Below are positions 1-8,930 of a stretch of DNA of 64,000 nt, in pieces. Where the stretch lies: positions 96,001 to 160,000 of the IMG/VR virus record IMGVR_UViG_3300025466_000012; one strand, given 5' to 3'. The position numbers and the translations under genes were made by a program. The notes beneath the pieces are model-generated. The model saw only the letters and a list, made by a program, of their open reading frames with translations, ran no database searches and was not told the DNA's origin. Each line of letters starts with the position of its first letter. The first letter of the stretch is position 1. The DNA comes from a virus.

Positions 1-2
1 AC

Positions 3-494
3 AAAATCCAAGTTGTTTGGGACGACGAATTCAAGACTCTTGATTATGTGCAAGAACGATTCAATGATCCTGATAAAATAGCGGAATGGAAACAGCTAGG
101 CTATCAAAATGTAGCCACCGGTTTCATGTGCGATATGCGCAGTCCACAACCCAGCTGGAACGATCAGATCGTGCAACAGTTTGTTGACCGTGGTTGGAAC
201 GATGTGGGAACCAGTTATTATCGCATGGGGTCAGGAGTCATCTTGCCCACACACCGCGATCTCTACAAAAAATATATCGAACTGTTTGATCTGCAAGGAC
301 AGGAATCACGCATCAGACGTGCGTTGATTTTTTTAGAGGACTGGCAACCCGGGCACTATGCCGAGTACGAGGATCATCCATTTGTGAGCTGGCATGCTGG
401 GGACGTGGTTGAATGGGTTTACGATGCTCCGCACATGGCAGCCAATCTGGGTCTGACTCCCAGGTATACTCTGCAGATCACAGGTTGGGTATGA
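3..494 (+). CDS. 2OG-Fe(II) oxygenase-like (double-stranded beta-helix) protein, 5'-truncated by window edge
   Basis: Frame open from base 3. HxD (PTHRD), distal His (PHMAAN) and C-terminal RYTLQITG pattern typical of phage 2OG-Fe(II) oxygenases. Confidence 0.65.
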   Translation, partial: KIQVVWDDEFKTLDYVQERFNDPDKIAEWKQLGYQNVATGFMCDMRSPQPSWNDQIVQQFVDRGWNDVGTSYYRMGSGVILPTHRDLYKKYIELFDLQGQESRIRRALIFLEDWQPGHYAEYEDHPFVSWHAGDVVEWVYDAPHMAANLGLTPRYTLQITGWV

Positions 495-1405
495 TCAATT
501 CTGTCAACGAATGGAGCACACTGAAGCAGGTTGTGGTAGGATCGGCCACTCATGCCAATTGGCCCACAAACGATCCGGTATTTGCCCAGGAGTCTCGCAA
601 GACCACTTGGCATACTTCACCGGTACCGTCCGGTCCGGTAGCACAACGAATCATAGACGAAGCCAATGAAGATCTTGACTGTTTGGCAACTACCTTGACC
701 ACATTGGGTGTGGAAGTCTTGAGACCACAGACGTTTGACTTCCAACAAGCAGGGGGCATGTACAACTATTGCCCTAGAGATCGACTTTTGATCTATGGTG
801 ACATCGTGATTGACTGTGCCATGATGTACCCGGGTAGAGATATGGAAATACAACAACTGGATTGTGTGATCGAACAGGCTGGTCGAGTGATACACATGCC
901 GAGAGACCAAGGCTTGGTCTTGGATGCAGCCAATGTGTTGCGTCTAGGCGACAGCATGCTGTTTTTGGAATCAGCATCGGGCAATCGCAAGGCCTATGAA
1001 TGGTTGTGTTTGCAGTTTCCTGAGGTATCAATTGAACTGTGCAACTTTTATTCGGGTGTGCATATTGACAGCACCATAGTGCCGTTGCGTGAAGGCCTGG
1101 TACTGTTGAATGGTAGTCGAGTGACCTGGGATAACTGTCCCAGAGTGTTCCAAAACTGGCACAAGATTTATGTACACGATGTGATAGCGCAAGATTTTTA
1201 TCAGTATCCGTATGCATCCAAATGGATAGCCATGAACATGTTGGTGGTTGACCCACACACAGTCATAGTGGATCGTCATCAGACTGATCTGATCAAGAGT
1301 TTGGAAAATTGGCATTTTACAGTGATACCACTGGAACTGAGACACAGTCGCACTTTGGGAGGTGGATTCCATTGTGTGACCCTGGACACTAGGAGACAAA
1401 CATGA
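491..1405 (+). CDS. amidinotransferase (glycine/inosamine-phosphate amidinotransferase family)
   Basis: NEWSTLKQVVVG N-terminus, CPRD, HID and terminal LGGGFHCVTLD with catalytic Cys. Start at 491 overlaps the upstream stop (ATGA). Confidence 0.9.
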   Translation: MINSVNEWSTLKQVVVGSATHANWPTNDPVFAQESRKTTWHTSPVPSGPVAQRIIDEANEDLDCLATTLTTLGVEVLRPQTFDFQQAGGMYNYCPRDRLLIYGDIVIDCAMMYPGRDMEIQQLDCVIEQAGRVIHMPRDQGLVLDAANVLRLGDSMLFLESASGNRKAYEWLCLQFPEVSIELCNFYSGVHIDSTIVPLREGLVLLNGSRVTWDNCPRVFQNWHKIYVHDVIAQDFYQYPYASKWIAMNMLVVDPHTVIVDRHQTDLIKSLENWHFTVIPLELRHSRTLGGGFHCVTLDTRRQT

Positions 1406-1959
1406 ATATCAGCTGGGTATTGGCCGACGCGGCCACTATAGATCCCACACAGGAATTGGAAATTCTCAAACACATTGGACCATTCTGGGGCAGCTGGCGC
1501 ACCTGGCGTGCCTATCTGACCGACAACGTGATCTGTCATGATCTGGCCCGTGCTGACGAATTGCTCCGGCGCGAATTCCAACGCAGTTGTAATCTTTACA
1601 TACCCGAATCGATCTATACCGGTCTAGCTCGACCTGATGGTGTACAAGTCTACCAAGGTGATTTTGTTCACGACGTGATCCGTAAAGAAGAAATAGTGGC
1701 CATGCACCTGTCGGCCTCGACCAGCGACATCGTGCTGTTGATCGGATTTGACTGGAGCACGCACGAAAAAAATTCCAATAGACTGACAGAACACCAAGCT
1801 CAACACTACCTGGGGTTAACTGCCCAGGTCATACGTGATAACCCTGGCACACAATGGGTCTTGATTGATCATGTTGCCGAACTGCACCCAAATTTCTCCA
1901 AATTGGAGAATCTGACCCAGGACACTATGGCCGGTGTGCTTGGGCTACTAGCTGGTTGA
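1402..1959 (+). CDS. hypothetical protein, possible degenerate MptE/DUF115-like Rossmann fold
   Basis: ATGA-coupled to amidinotransferase. DNVICHD and LLIGFD motifs resemble that family. Confidence 0.5.
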   Translation: MNISWVLADAATIDPTQELEILKHIGPFWGSWRTWRAYLTDNVICHDLARADELLRREFQRSCNLYIPESIYTGLARPDGVQVYQGDFVHDVIRKEEIVAMHLSASTSDIVLLIGFDWSTHEKNSNRLTEHQAQHYLGLTAQVIRDNPGTQWVLIDHVAELHPNFSKLENLTQDTMAGVLGLLAG

Positions 1960-1985
1960 CTCAATAAACAATCTCAGCATATAAT
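1956..1985 (+). promoter_or_regulatory. sigma70-type promoter for uvsE
   Basis: TTGACT-18 nt-TATAAT just upstream of ATG 1993. Confidence 0.65.
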
Positions 1986-1992
1986 ATATGCT

Positions 1993-3012
1993 ATGGATAC
2001 TCTAAAACGAATTGGTTTCTGTTGCAAATGGCTCAACGATCCCAGCGAATGCGGCGGCATGAAAGTGAACGCCGTGGATAGGGAATTGAATGGTCGTAGT
2101 ACAACCATGCGTTGGTTGCGTGAACATCCCGAGGAAGCCGAACAGCGCCAGTGGGACATCATGAATCACAACACCACGGCCGCTGTGAAAATGATTGAAC
2201 GTGTGGCCACCTTGCCTGCCGAACGCAGAATGGTTAGACTGGGGTCGGAGATGCTACAGGGCTATACCGAGAAAGACTGGAAAGCGTGGTGGCAACAGAT
2301 CGATGTGCAAAATCACCTTGAGAGAATATTTGCTTCCATCGGTGAAACGGCCAGACGACTGGACGTGCGACTCAGTTTCCATCCCGGACAGTTCTGTTGT
2401 ATAGTCAGCAATAATCCTGGTATTGTGGAAAGATCATTAGAAGAATTAGAATATCATGCTGACATGGCTCGCTGGATGGGCTACGGTAAATCCAAGTTGG
2501 ATTTCAAGATCAATGTGCATCTGAGCGGCAAATTAGGTGTTGCTGGATTTGATACAGCTTGGCAAAAAATGAGCCCGGAACTACGAAATTGTCTTACATT
2601 AGAAAATGACGAATATCAAGCCGGTCTTGATGTCCTGTTACCATTAGGCAAGCGTGTTGGCATAGTGCTAGACATACATCATCATTTTATCAATACCGGG
2701 GAATACATTAACTCGCAAGATCATCGTATTTCTCAAGTAATTGACAGTTGGCAAGGCGTTAGACCAGCAATACATTACAGTCAATCAAGAGAAGAACACA
2801 TTGCCGAATTTATTGATATCATGCCGTCGCTGGAACAACTGTTAACAATCACCAACAAAGCCAAATTGAGATCCCACAGTGATTTTTACAACAATAAACA
2901 ACTCAATGCATGGGCGTTGACACATCTAGAGTGGGCAGATATACAAACAGAAAGCAAGGGAAAAAATCTGGCTGCCGGGCAGCTGTTTAATCAGTGGCAG
3001 GAATCCATCTAA
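1993..3012 (+). CDS. uvsE: UV DNA damage endonuclease
   Basis: IGFCCK, RLSFHPGQF, LTLENDE, LDIHHH, IHYSQS, RSHSDF and TESKGKNLA motifs of the UvsE/UVDE TIM barrel. Confidence 0.93.
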   Translation: MDTLKRIGFCCKWLNDPSECGGMKVNAVDRELNGRSTTMRWLREHPEEAEQRQWDIMNHNTTAAVKMIERVATLPAERRMVRLGSEMLQGYTEKDWKAWWQQIDVQNHLERIFASIGETARRLDVRLSFHPGQFCCIVSNNPGIVERSLEELEYHADMARWMGYGKSKLDFKINVHLSGKLGVAGFDTAWQKMSPELRNCLTLENDEYQAGLDVLLPLGKRVGIVLDIHHHFINTGEYINSQDHRISQVIDSWQGVRPAIHYSQSREEHIAEFIDIMPSLEQLLTITNKAKLRSHSDFYNNKQLNAWALTHLEWADIQTESKGKNLAAGQLFNQWQESI

Positions 3013-3676
3013 ATCTTTTTTTTCCGGTCTCGTCGGTATAAGATTTTCTTTTGAGTCCTGCATATTTTATTTTCTTAGTTTCGCAACCGGCAAGTGTTCT
3101 GGCTGATCGTTGTGCCGGGGTCATTTTTGCATTTCGTTGAGTCGCTGATTTTTTATAAGACTCTATTGCTGCTAAACTGCGTTTTTCGCCTTTGCGAGAT
3201 TTGAGAGCATTTATTTGATTTTCTCTCAATTTGGGATCCTGCCATCGTGCTTGCATTGATTTTGAAATGGATTCCGCGCCAGCCCTTGTTTTATTATTCT
3301 TTCCTCTATTAGCATCACCACATTTTTTCTTGTTAGCGTCAGTATGAGTCTTGCCGTGGAATCCATTTTGTTCACCAAATAATATTGGAGGATTAGCGTT
3401 TTTGCAAATGTTGGTTAAATTTTCAATACCAATATCTTCTATCAACTGTTCTTCAAATTGTATAGATTGTTGTTTGGTTAAGTTGGTTTCGACCAATTCG
3501 ACTCCGACTTCAAGACCCATTGATTGTATTTTTCTAATAACTCGATCTTTGTGCGGATTATTACACCCACTGGTAAATTTCAAGTGCGACCAAGCCCGTT
3601 GTTCTTTGCCTTCGCCCACATAAAACGTCTTTCCGTTTCTTGGATCAATCAGTCGATATACATAATAATTGTTCAT
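2987..3676 (-). mobile_element. free-standing GIY-YIG (LEM-3-like) homing endonuclease with NUMOD3-type DNA-binding motif
   Basis: YYVYRLIDPRNGKTFYVGEG...R, a catalytic-type Glu (FEEQLI) and Asn (LTN), then GEQNGFHGKTHT. AT-rich. Upstream TAAATA motifs at 3682-3687 and 3709-3714 (minus strand). Confidence 0.85.
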
Positions 3677-3738
3677 AATAGTATTTAGTGTATTGGCGTC
3701 AGACTTGATATTTAGTATATTTTATGCTACAATAAACA

Positions 3739-3969
3739 ATGGATCAATTTCAAGCATGGCCACCACCTAACAATTGGACCCAGGTAGTGATACCATGGAG
3801 TACCATGTTGGCCCATGCGAACCACAGCCCGCATGAGATTATTGAATGGGTTGAATGTCAACCTGGTGGGCAGTATCATCTGCACGGTTATCGGTCTGTG
3901 GAAGGATTTGCTTTTAGATTTGAAAATCCCCAAGATGCTGTATTTTTTAAATTACGATGGGAAATATGA
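3739..3969 (+). CDS. hypothetical protein
   Basis: 76-aa ORF ending FRFENPQDAVFFKLRW, a common small phage protein pattern. Confidence 0.7.
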   Translation: MDQFQAWPPPNNWTQVVIPWSTMLAHANHSPHEIIEWVECQPGGQYHLHGYRSVEGFAFRFENPQDAVFFKLRWEI

Positions 3970-4256
3970 AACAGACTATGTTGGGTATGATTGCGTATGT
4001 ACGCAACGATTATCAAGCCAATCGAACTAGATTTTTTGCCGAGCTGTTTGCCTGGTTATGTAGCGTGACCTCGGCAGTGACCTTTGCGGCCACTGTGCCT
4101 GATATTCCTTTGATACCACTGTACATGGTGTTTATCAGCGGCTGTGTTGCAGCCGCTTGGGCCTGCTGGACTCGTAGGAGTTTTGGACTGCTGTCTAACT
4201 ATGTGTTCATGATCGTGATTGACTGTGTAGGTCTCACACGCCTACTGCTTCACTGA
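3966..4256 (+). CDS. small membrane protein
   Basis: ATGA overlap with upstream gene, three hydrophobic segments. Confidence 0.7.
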   Translation: MKQTMLGMIAYVRNDYQANRTRFFAELFAWLCSVTSAVTFAATVPDIPLIPLYMVFISGCVAAAWACWTRRSFGLLSNYVFMIVIDCVGLTRLLLH

Positions 4257-4564
4257 GATTTTTTGGCTCTGGGCTTGCGCGGTTTGCGTTTGGCAGTGGT
4301 CGCAGTATCGGTCGCAGCTGGTTTGGCCACTGGTTTTTTGACCGGTTTGCGTTTGACAGGCGCTGTGTCGGCTGGCTCAGGTGTTGTTTCGGGCTTGGCA
4401 ATAATACCACCAAAGGTTAAATTGCCCTTTGCAGGCGTTGTGTCGGCTGGCTCAGGTGTTGGTTCAACATCGGCTGGCTGACTCTTGGGTGTAGGCCATG
4501 GCCAATGTCCAGCAGGATCCACTTTTGGTTTGATACCGAACAACTTCTTTAAAAATGATTGCAT
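4250..4564 (-). CDS. Lys/Pro/Ala/Thr-rich low-complexity protein
   Basis: AAGGAG RBS, TAAATA motif at 4585-4590, duplicated PEPADT(T/A)P, basic C-terminus. Confidence 0.75.
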   Translation of the reverse strand: MQSFLKKLFGIKPKVDPAGHWPWPTPKSQPADVEPTPEPADTTPAKGNLTFGGIIAKPETTPEPADTAPVKRKPVKKPVAKPAATDTATTAKRKPRKPRAKKSQ

Positions 4565-4705
4565 ACTGATCTCCTTGTGTCTGATATTTAGTTCAATTTT
4601 GCCGAACCTCGAAAACTTATATTATATTTGTTGTGTTGCGTGGTAAATATCAGTACAATTACTATTAGTGAAAACCACTATAGTCCAACTCAAGGAAAAC
4701 ACACA

Positions 4706-4870
4706 ATGTTAAAACTTATCAAATCACTTGCCCGCTTGTTGACCACAACCGGTTCTATCAGTACCGGACTGGATGACTACATCAACAGCAAACGACCAAC
4801 CAGTGTGGCCGAAATTGAAAATCTTACTAGACAATATCTAGCAAGAGGCGTTTGCGGTCGAATCATATGA
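4706..4870 (+). CDS. small protein (DUF3563-like, tentative)
   Basis: AAGGA RBS before ATG 4706. 54 aa with LDDYINSKRPTSVAEIENLTRQY. Confidence 0.6.
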   Translation: MLKLIKSLARLLTTTGSISTGLDDYINSKRPTSVAEIENLTRQYLARGVCGRII

Positions 4871-5394
4871 TAACTACCCGATTTCTGCCATCGGCAAATT
4901 TTGATCAATACGGTGAATGGATCAAACGGCAGGATCAGGAAACACGCAATTTGTATTTTGGTATGGCCACGTCTGACGCTGTGATCGACAGCCTCATGGA
5001 CCGTGTACACAACAATTTGCATGACCACCGGATTCTGGTAGCTCAGGACGGAAATCAATGGGTGGGAACATTGCACATGGCCATGTCCGGACGTACCGTA
5101 GAATTTGGTCTCATAGTACGATCTGATTGTAGGGGCCAAGGCATTGCATCCGTCATGCTGGAACAGGCCTTGACCTGGGTCAAGAATCGCGGCTATCAAG
5201 AGCTGTTCATGCATTGCCTGGGGCACAACCGTCCGATACAGCATCTGTGTGCCAAGCACGGATTACCGGCACGCAACATGCACGGTGACAGCCAAGTACA
5301 TCTAAGATTGAGTCCGCCCACTTGGTTGACCATGATCAGCGAAATAAACACCAACTATAAGAATATCTGGTACAGCTGGTTGCAAAAAAGCTGA
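4867..5394 (+). CDS. GNAT family N-acetyltransferase
   Basis: Acetyl-CoA motif A (VEFGLIVRSDCRGQGIAS), motif B (NRPIQHLCAKHG), ATGA coupling. Confidence 0.85.
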   Translation: MITTRFLPSANFDQYGEWIKRQDQETRNLYFGMATSDAVIDSLMDRVHNNLHDHRILVAQDGNQWVGTLHMAMSGRTVEFGLIVRSDCRGQGIASVMLEQALTWVKNRGYQELFMHCLGHNRPIQHLCAKHGLPARNMHGDSQVHLRLSPPTWLTMISEINTNYKNIWYSWLQKS

Positions 5395-5428
5395 ATAATA
5401 TTTCAAGAGATATCAGACTAAGTACTAG

Positions 5429-6133
5429 ATGAACACAATCATCGCTACCCTGGTCATGACACACATAACCATAATATGTGTGACACTATACTTACACCGC
5501 AGCCAAGCACATCGCGGAGTCGAATTCCATCCTGTGGTGGCACATGCCATGCGTGCATGGTTATGGTTGACCACGGGCATGATCACACGACAATGGGTGG
5601 CCATACACAGAAAACATCACAGATTCAGTGACCAACCAGGAGATCCGCACAGCCCGCATGTGCATGGTATCTGGAACATTGTGACACGTGGAGTCTGGTA
5701 CTATGTGACCGAAGGACGTAACACTCAAACCATGATGGCCTATGGTCGCGGTACTCCAACTGATTGGATCGAACGGCACCTGTACACCAGATACAACTGG
5801 TTGGGCGTGGCTGTGATGGCAACCATTGATATGGCCGTGTTTGGTTGGACAGGAATGCTGGTTTGGGCGGTGCAAATAGCCTGGATTCCATTCTGGGCCG
5901 CAGGTGTGGTCAACGGCATTGGACACTGGGTTGGCTATAGAAATGGCCAAACACGTGACCAAAGCAGAAATGTTGTGCCCATCGACCTTGTTGTTGGTGG
6001 TGAGCTATTGCACAACAACCACCATCTTGATCCTGCCAATCCACGCTTGAGTCGACGCTGGTGGGAATTTGATATTGGTTGGATGTATATACAGATACTG
6101 CGTGGACTGGGACTGGCCACACTGCGAACATGA
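5429..6133 (+). CDS. desA: membrane-bound fatty acid (acyl-CoA delta-9-type) desaturase
   Basis: Three His boxes (HRSQAH, HRKHH, HNNHH) plus GDPHSP and WEFDIGW. Confidence 0.9.
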   Translation: MNTIIATLVMTHITIICVTLYLHRSQAHRGVEFHPVVAHAMRAWLWLTTGMITRQWVAIHRKHHRFSDQPGDPHSPHVHGIWNIVTRGVWYYVTEGRNTQTMMAYGRGTPTDWIERHLYTRYNWLGVAVMATIDMAVFGWTGMLVWAVQIAWIPFWAAGVVNGIGHWVGYRNGQTRDQSRNVVPIDLVVGGELLHNNHHLDPANPRLSRRWWEFDIGWMYIQILRGLGLATLRT

Positions 6134-6155
6134 ATTTAACCGGATCCGTAGGAAA

Positions 6156-6201
6156 ATGTTGCAGTACAGCATATAATACATAAATATGTTGCAGCACAAC
6201 A
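6156..6201. promoter_or_regulatory. pair of inverted-repeat operators (PhaR-type) flanking a -10/late promoter
   Basis: ATGTTGCAGTACAGCAT (6156-6172) and ATGTTGCAGCACAACA (6186-6201) flank TATAAT (6172-6177) and TAAATA (6181-6186). Confidence 0.6.
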
Positions 6202-6226
6202 AAACATTTAACCCAAGGAGAAAACA

Positions 6227-6517
6227 ATGTTCGATGTAGAAAAGTTCATAGATGCAGTACAAGATGGAAAAAAACAAATCACCGAAACTGCTCTCAAGCA
6301 GACCGGTTTGGTAGACCCAATCAACCAGATCATCGATGCCCAAACCACATACACCAAAACCATGGTCAACGGCATGTCCAAAATGGTCAAAAATCTAGCT
6401 GAGAGTGCCAGCCAGACATCAAGTTCCATGCAGGCTGGCTTGACCGATATCAACGATCAATGGTCCAAATTTATCAATTCAATTGGTTGGACCACTGGCT
6501 CTGCCAAAAACAAGTAA
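6227..6517 (+). CDS. phasin-like amphipathic protein
   Basis: AAGGAG RBS, 96-aa all-helical-looking sequence (FIDAVQDGKKQ...IIDAQTTYTK), upstream PhaR-like operators. Confidence 0.55.
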   Translation: MFDVEKFIDAVQDGKKQITETALKQTGLVDPINQIIDAQTTYTKTMVNGMSKMVKNLAESASQTSSSMQAGLTDINDQWSKFINSIGWTTGSAKNK

Positions 6518-6527
6518 TCCAACTCGA

Positions 6528-6556
6528 TTGACCTTTTAATCCAGCTCGTGCATAAT
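6528..6556 (+). promoter_or_regulatory. sigma70-type promoter
   Basis: TTGACC-17-CATAAT upstream of the lipoprotein gene. Confidence 0.6.
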
Positions 6557-6599
6557 ATGTGCATAAGCTGGATTTTTCATATCTAAACAAAGGACAATC

Positions 6600-7280
6600 A
6601 TGAAAAAACATATCTTGGCCCTGACCGCACTTGCGCTGTTGTCGGCCTGTAGTTCAACCAAATCCTCCAACACCACAGCAGGCATCAATCCTGGCACCAC
6701 AGCTACCACGGCCATCAGTGAACAGCGTGCCACCAGCGATTTCAAGCGCCAGGGCATCCGTGTGCATTATACCTTGACCGGCAATTTGGAGGCCATCGAA
6801 GCCACTGGTTATGCGCCAGTTTGGGGCAACAGCGAAAATGCCTTGCGCGAATCTTACCGTGTGGCTGAGCTGGAAGCCAAGAAACGCATGAACGACTTTA
6901 TCCACAAGGAAACCATTACCAGTGCAGTATCGGTCAAAATGATCAGCCAGAATCTAGAACAGGCCAAGGATCAAAAAAGCAATCAATTCACGTCCAATCG
7001 AACAGGTTCGAACGAGCTGATTGCCACCGATGACATCGATGATGTGGCCAATAAATCAGCCACTGTGGCTGACAACAACACAGCCGCACGTACAGATGCC
7101 TTGAAAATTTCCAGCACAGTCAATACCACTATCACCAATAACAATCAAGGTATCCTGGGCGGACTGTATCTCAAAGAAGGCGAAGTGATCAACAATGGTC
7201 GAGCTGTACAAGTGGTCATGCGCTGGGATGCCCGTCATCAAGACATCCGTTTGCAAGTTCGTGGCATGATGATGCAATAA
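6600..7280 (+). CDS. lipoprotein, LPP20/FlgP-like
   Basis: Signal peptide with lipobox LSAC. ATGYA...YRVAELEAKK pattern. Confidence 0.7.
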   Translation: MKKHILALTALALLSACSSTKSSNTTAGINPGTTATTAISEQRATSDFKRQGIRVHYTLTGNLEAIEATGYAPVWGNSENALRESYRVAELEAKKRMNDFIHKETITSAVSVKMISQNLEQAKDQKSNQFTSNRTGSNELIATDDIDDVANKSATVADNNTAARTDALKISSTVNTTITNNNQGILGGLYLKEGEVINNGRAVQVVMRWDARHQDIRLQVRGMMMQ

Positions 7281-7281
7281 C

Positions 7282-8298
7282 ATGCGCAGATTGATACTGG
7301 CGTTGACTACCACAGCTATGATGTGCTCGGCGCAAGCACAATGGTCTGCCTTGGCTCCTACACCGTTTGGCATAGTCATGACTGTGGGGCAATGGATCTT
7401 GTTGGACAGCAAACGATTGTACTATATCGAAGTAGAAGGACAAGGTGTCGATGCCCAAGAAGCCAGGCTCAACGGATTTAGACTGGCCGTTGAGCAGGCG
7501 TTGGGCACAGTGATAGCCTCTGAGACCCAATCGGTCAACAGTCATATCCGGCGCGATGAAGTGATTTCGTATGCAGCCGGATTTGTGGATCATTACAAAA
7601 TAATGGACACTGTGCCAGGCACTCCGGGATATCGTGTACGCATGCAGGTATGGATACAACGAACCAATCTGGCTGAACGCTTGTTGGCACAGGATCGGAC
7701 AGCAGGACAGATCGACGGCAATCGGGCATCGGTGTCAATTGACACAGCCGAATATTCAAGATCGCAAGGCGACCGAGTCCTGGGCACAGTGTTGAACGAC
7801 TTTCCGCGTCGCAGTTTTGATATCGAGCTCAAGACCACCCGTACCGAGATCACTCAATCGCGTGTGCCCGAATTGGTCATACCTTTTGAACTGCGATGGA
7901 ACCGTCGCTATGTGGACAGCTATACCACGGCATTAAAAACAGTGAGCACTTGCGGTTGGAACGGATGTGAAACTGATCGGCTCACCCAGGATTTATTATA
8001 TGAGCATTTGGTGCAGAGCCAGCCGCGGGTGCTAGTGACCATACAGAGCCAGACCGGCCACGTGGTGTACCAGGACTGCCTGGATTACGTGGCCTTGACT
8101 CACAGCAACTCCAATCTTGCGCACTACTTTGTGGAACTGCCAACAACTGGTGTGTGGTTAAATCCTGGCATGCGATTGCGCAGTGAAATAACTCTGCCAG
8201 TACAAGGACTGACTGTGAGTGATCTGGGACGAGTAGAGCTACAGGTAGTTAGATTGACAGAATGTTCAAAACCCATGCTATATGGTCGTAATCAGTAG
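7282..8298 (+). CDS. exported protein with FlgT-N-terminal-like domain
   Basis: Signal peptide (AQA). VEGQG...EARLNGFRLAVEQALGTVIASETQ...YAAGFVDHY pattern. Confidence 0.55.
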   Translation: MRRLILALTTTAMMCSAQAQWSALAPTPFGIVMTVGQWILLDSKRLYYIEVEGQGVDAQEARLNGFRLAVEQALGTVIASETQSVNSHIRRDEVISYAAGFVDHYKIMDTVPGTPGYRVRMQVWIQRTNLAERLLAQDRTAGQIDGNRASVSIDTAEYSRSQGDRVLGTVLNDFPRRSFDIELKTTRTEITQSRVPELVIPFELRWNRRYVDSYTTALKTVSTCGWNGCETDRLTQDLLYEHLVQSQPRVLVTIQSQTGHVVYQDCLDYVALTHSNSNLAHYFVELPTTGVWLNPGMRLRSEITLPVQGLTVSDLGRVELQVVRLTECSKPMLYGRNQ

Positions 8299-8326
8299 CA
8301 AATAGTTTAAAAATCCATTATAATAT

Positions 8327-8929
8327 ATGGATACACTACCATCAGGAGATCACATGCCCGCTTCAAACGAACTAGACAGCATCAAAGATGCTAGCCAACA
8401 GTTGCAAGATGTTGGCATGTACATATTCATGGGCGATGTTTCAGCTGAAACTGTCAAGCCCATAGCCGAATGGATCTTGGTCGAAAATCATGCAGTCAAG
8501 AAAAAGAAAAAAGAACTGTTGCTCATGATATGCAGTCCAGGAGGCGAAATGGAACCAGCGTTTGCCCTGATCGATATCATGCAGTCCAGCAAGATTCCAG
8601 TCAAGACAGTGGGTCTGGGTCAGATAGCCAGTTGTGGACTCATGATATTTCTGGCAGGTACTCGGGGTCGACGGGTGCTTACACCCAACACATCAATCTT
8701 GAGTCATCAGTATAGTTGGGGAACTGAAGGCAAACATCATGAACTGTTTTCCATGACCAAGGAATTTGACTTATGCCAGACTCGCATGATTGAACTGTAC
8801 AAAGCAACCACGGGACTGGATGACAGTGTGATACGGGAACGACTGTTGCCGGCCACAGATGTATGGCTCAGTGCCAACGAAGCACTGGCACTGGGTATCT
8901 GCGATTATGTGTCGGATCTGGGCAAGTAG
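8327..8929 (+). CDS. clpP: ATP-dependent Clp protease proteolytic subunit
   Basis: ICSPGG, GLGQIASCG (catalytic Ser), ILSHQ (His), DVWLSANEALALGICD. Start could be 8354. Confidence 0.92.
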   Translation: MDTLPSGDHMPASNELDSIKDASQQLQDVGMYIFMGDVSAETVKPIAEWILVENHAVKKKKKELLLMICSPGGEMEPAFALIDIMQSSKIPVKTVGLGQIASCGLMIFLAGTRGRRVLTPNTSILSHQYSWGTEGKHHELFSMTKEFDLCQTRMIELYKATTGLDDSVIRERLLPATDVWLSANEALALGICDYVSDLGK

Positions 8930-8930
8930 A

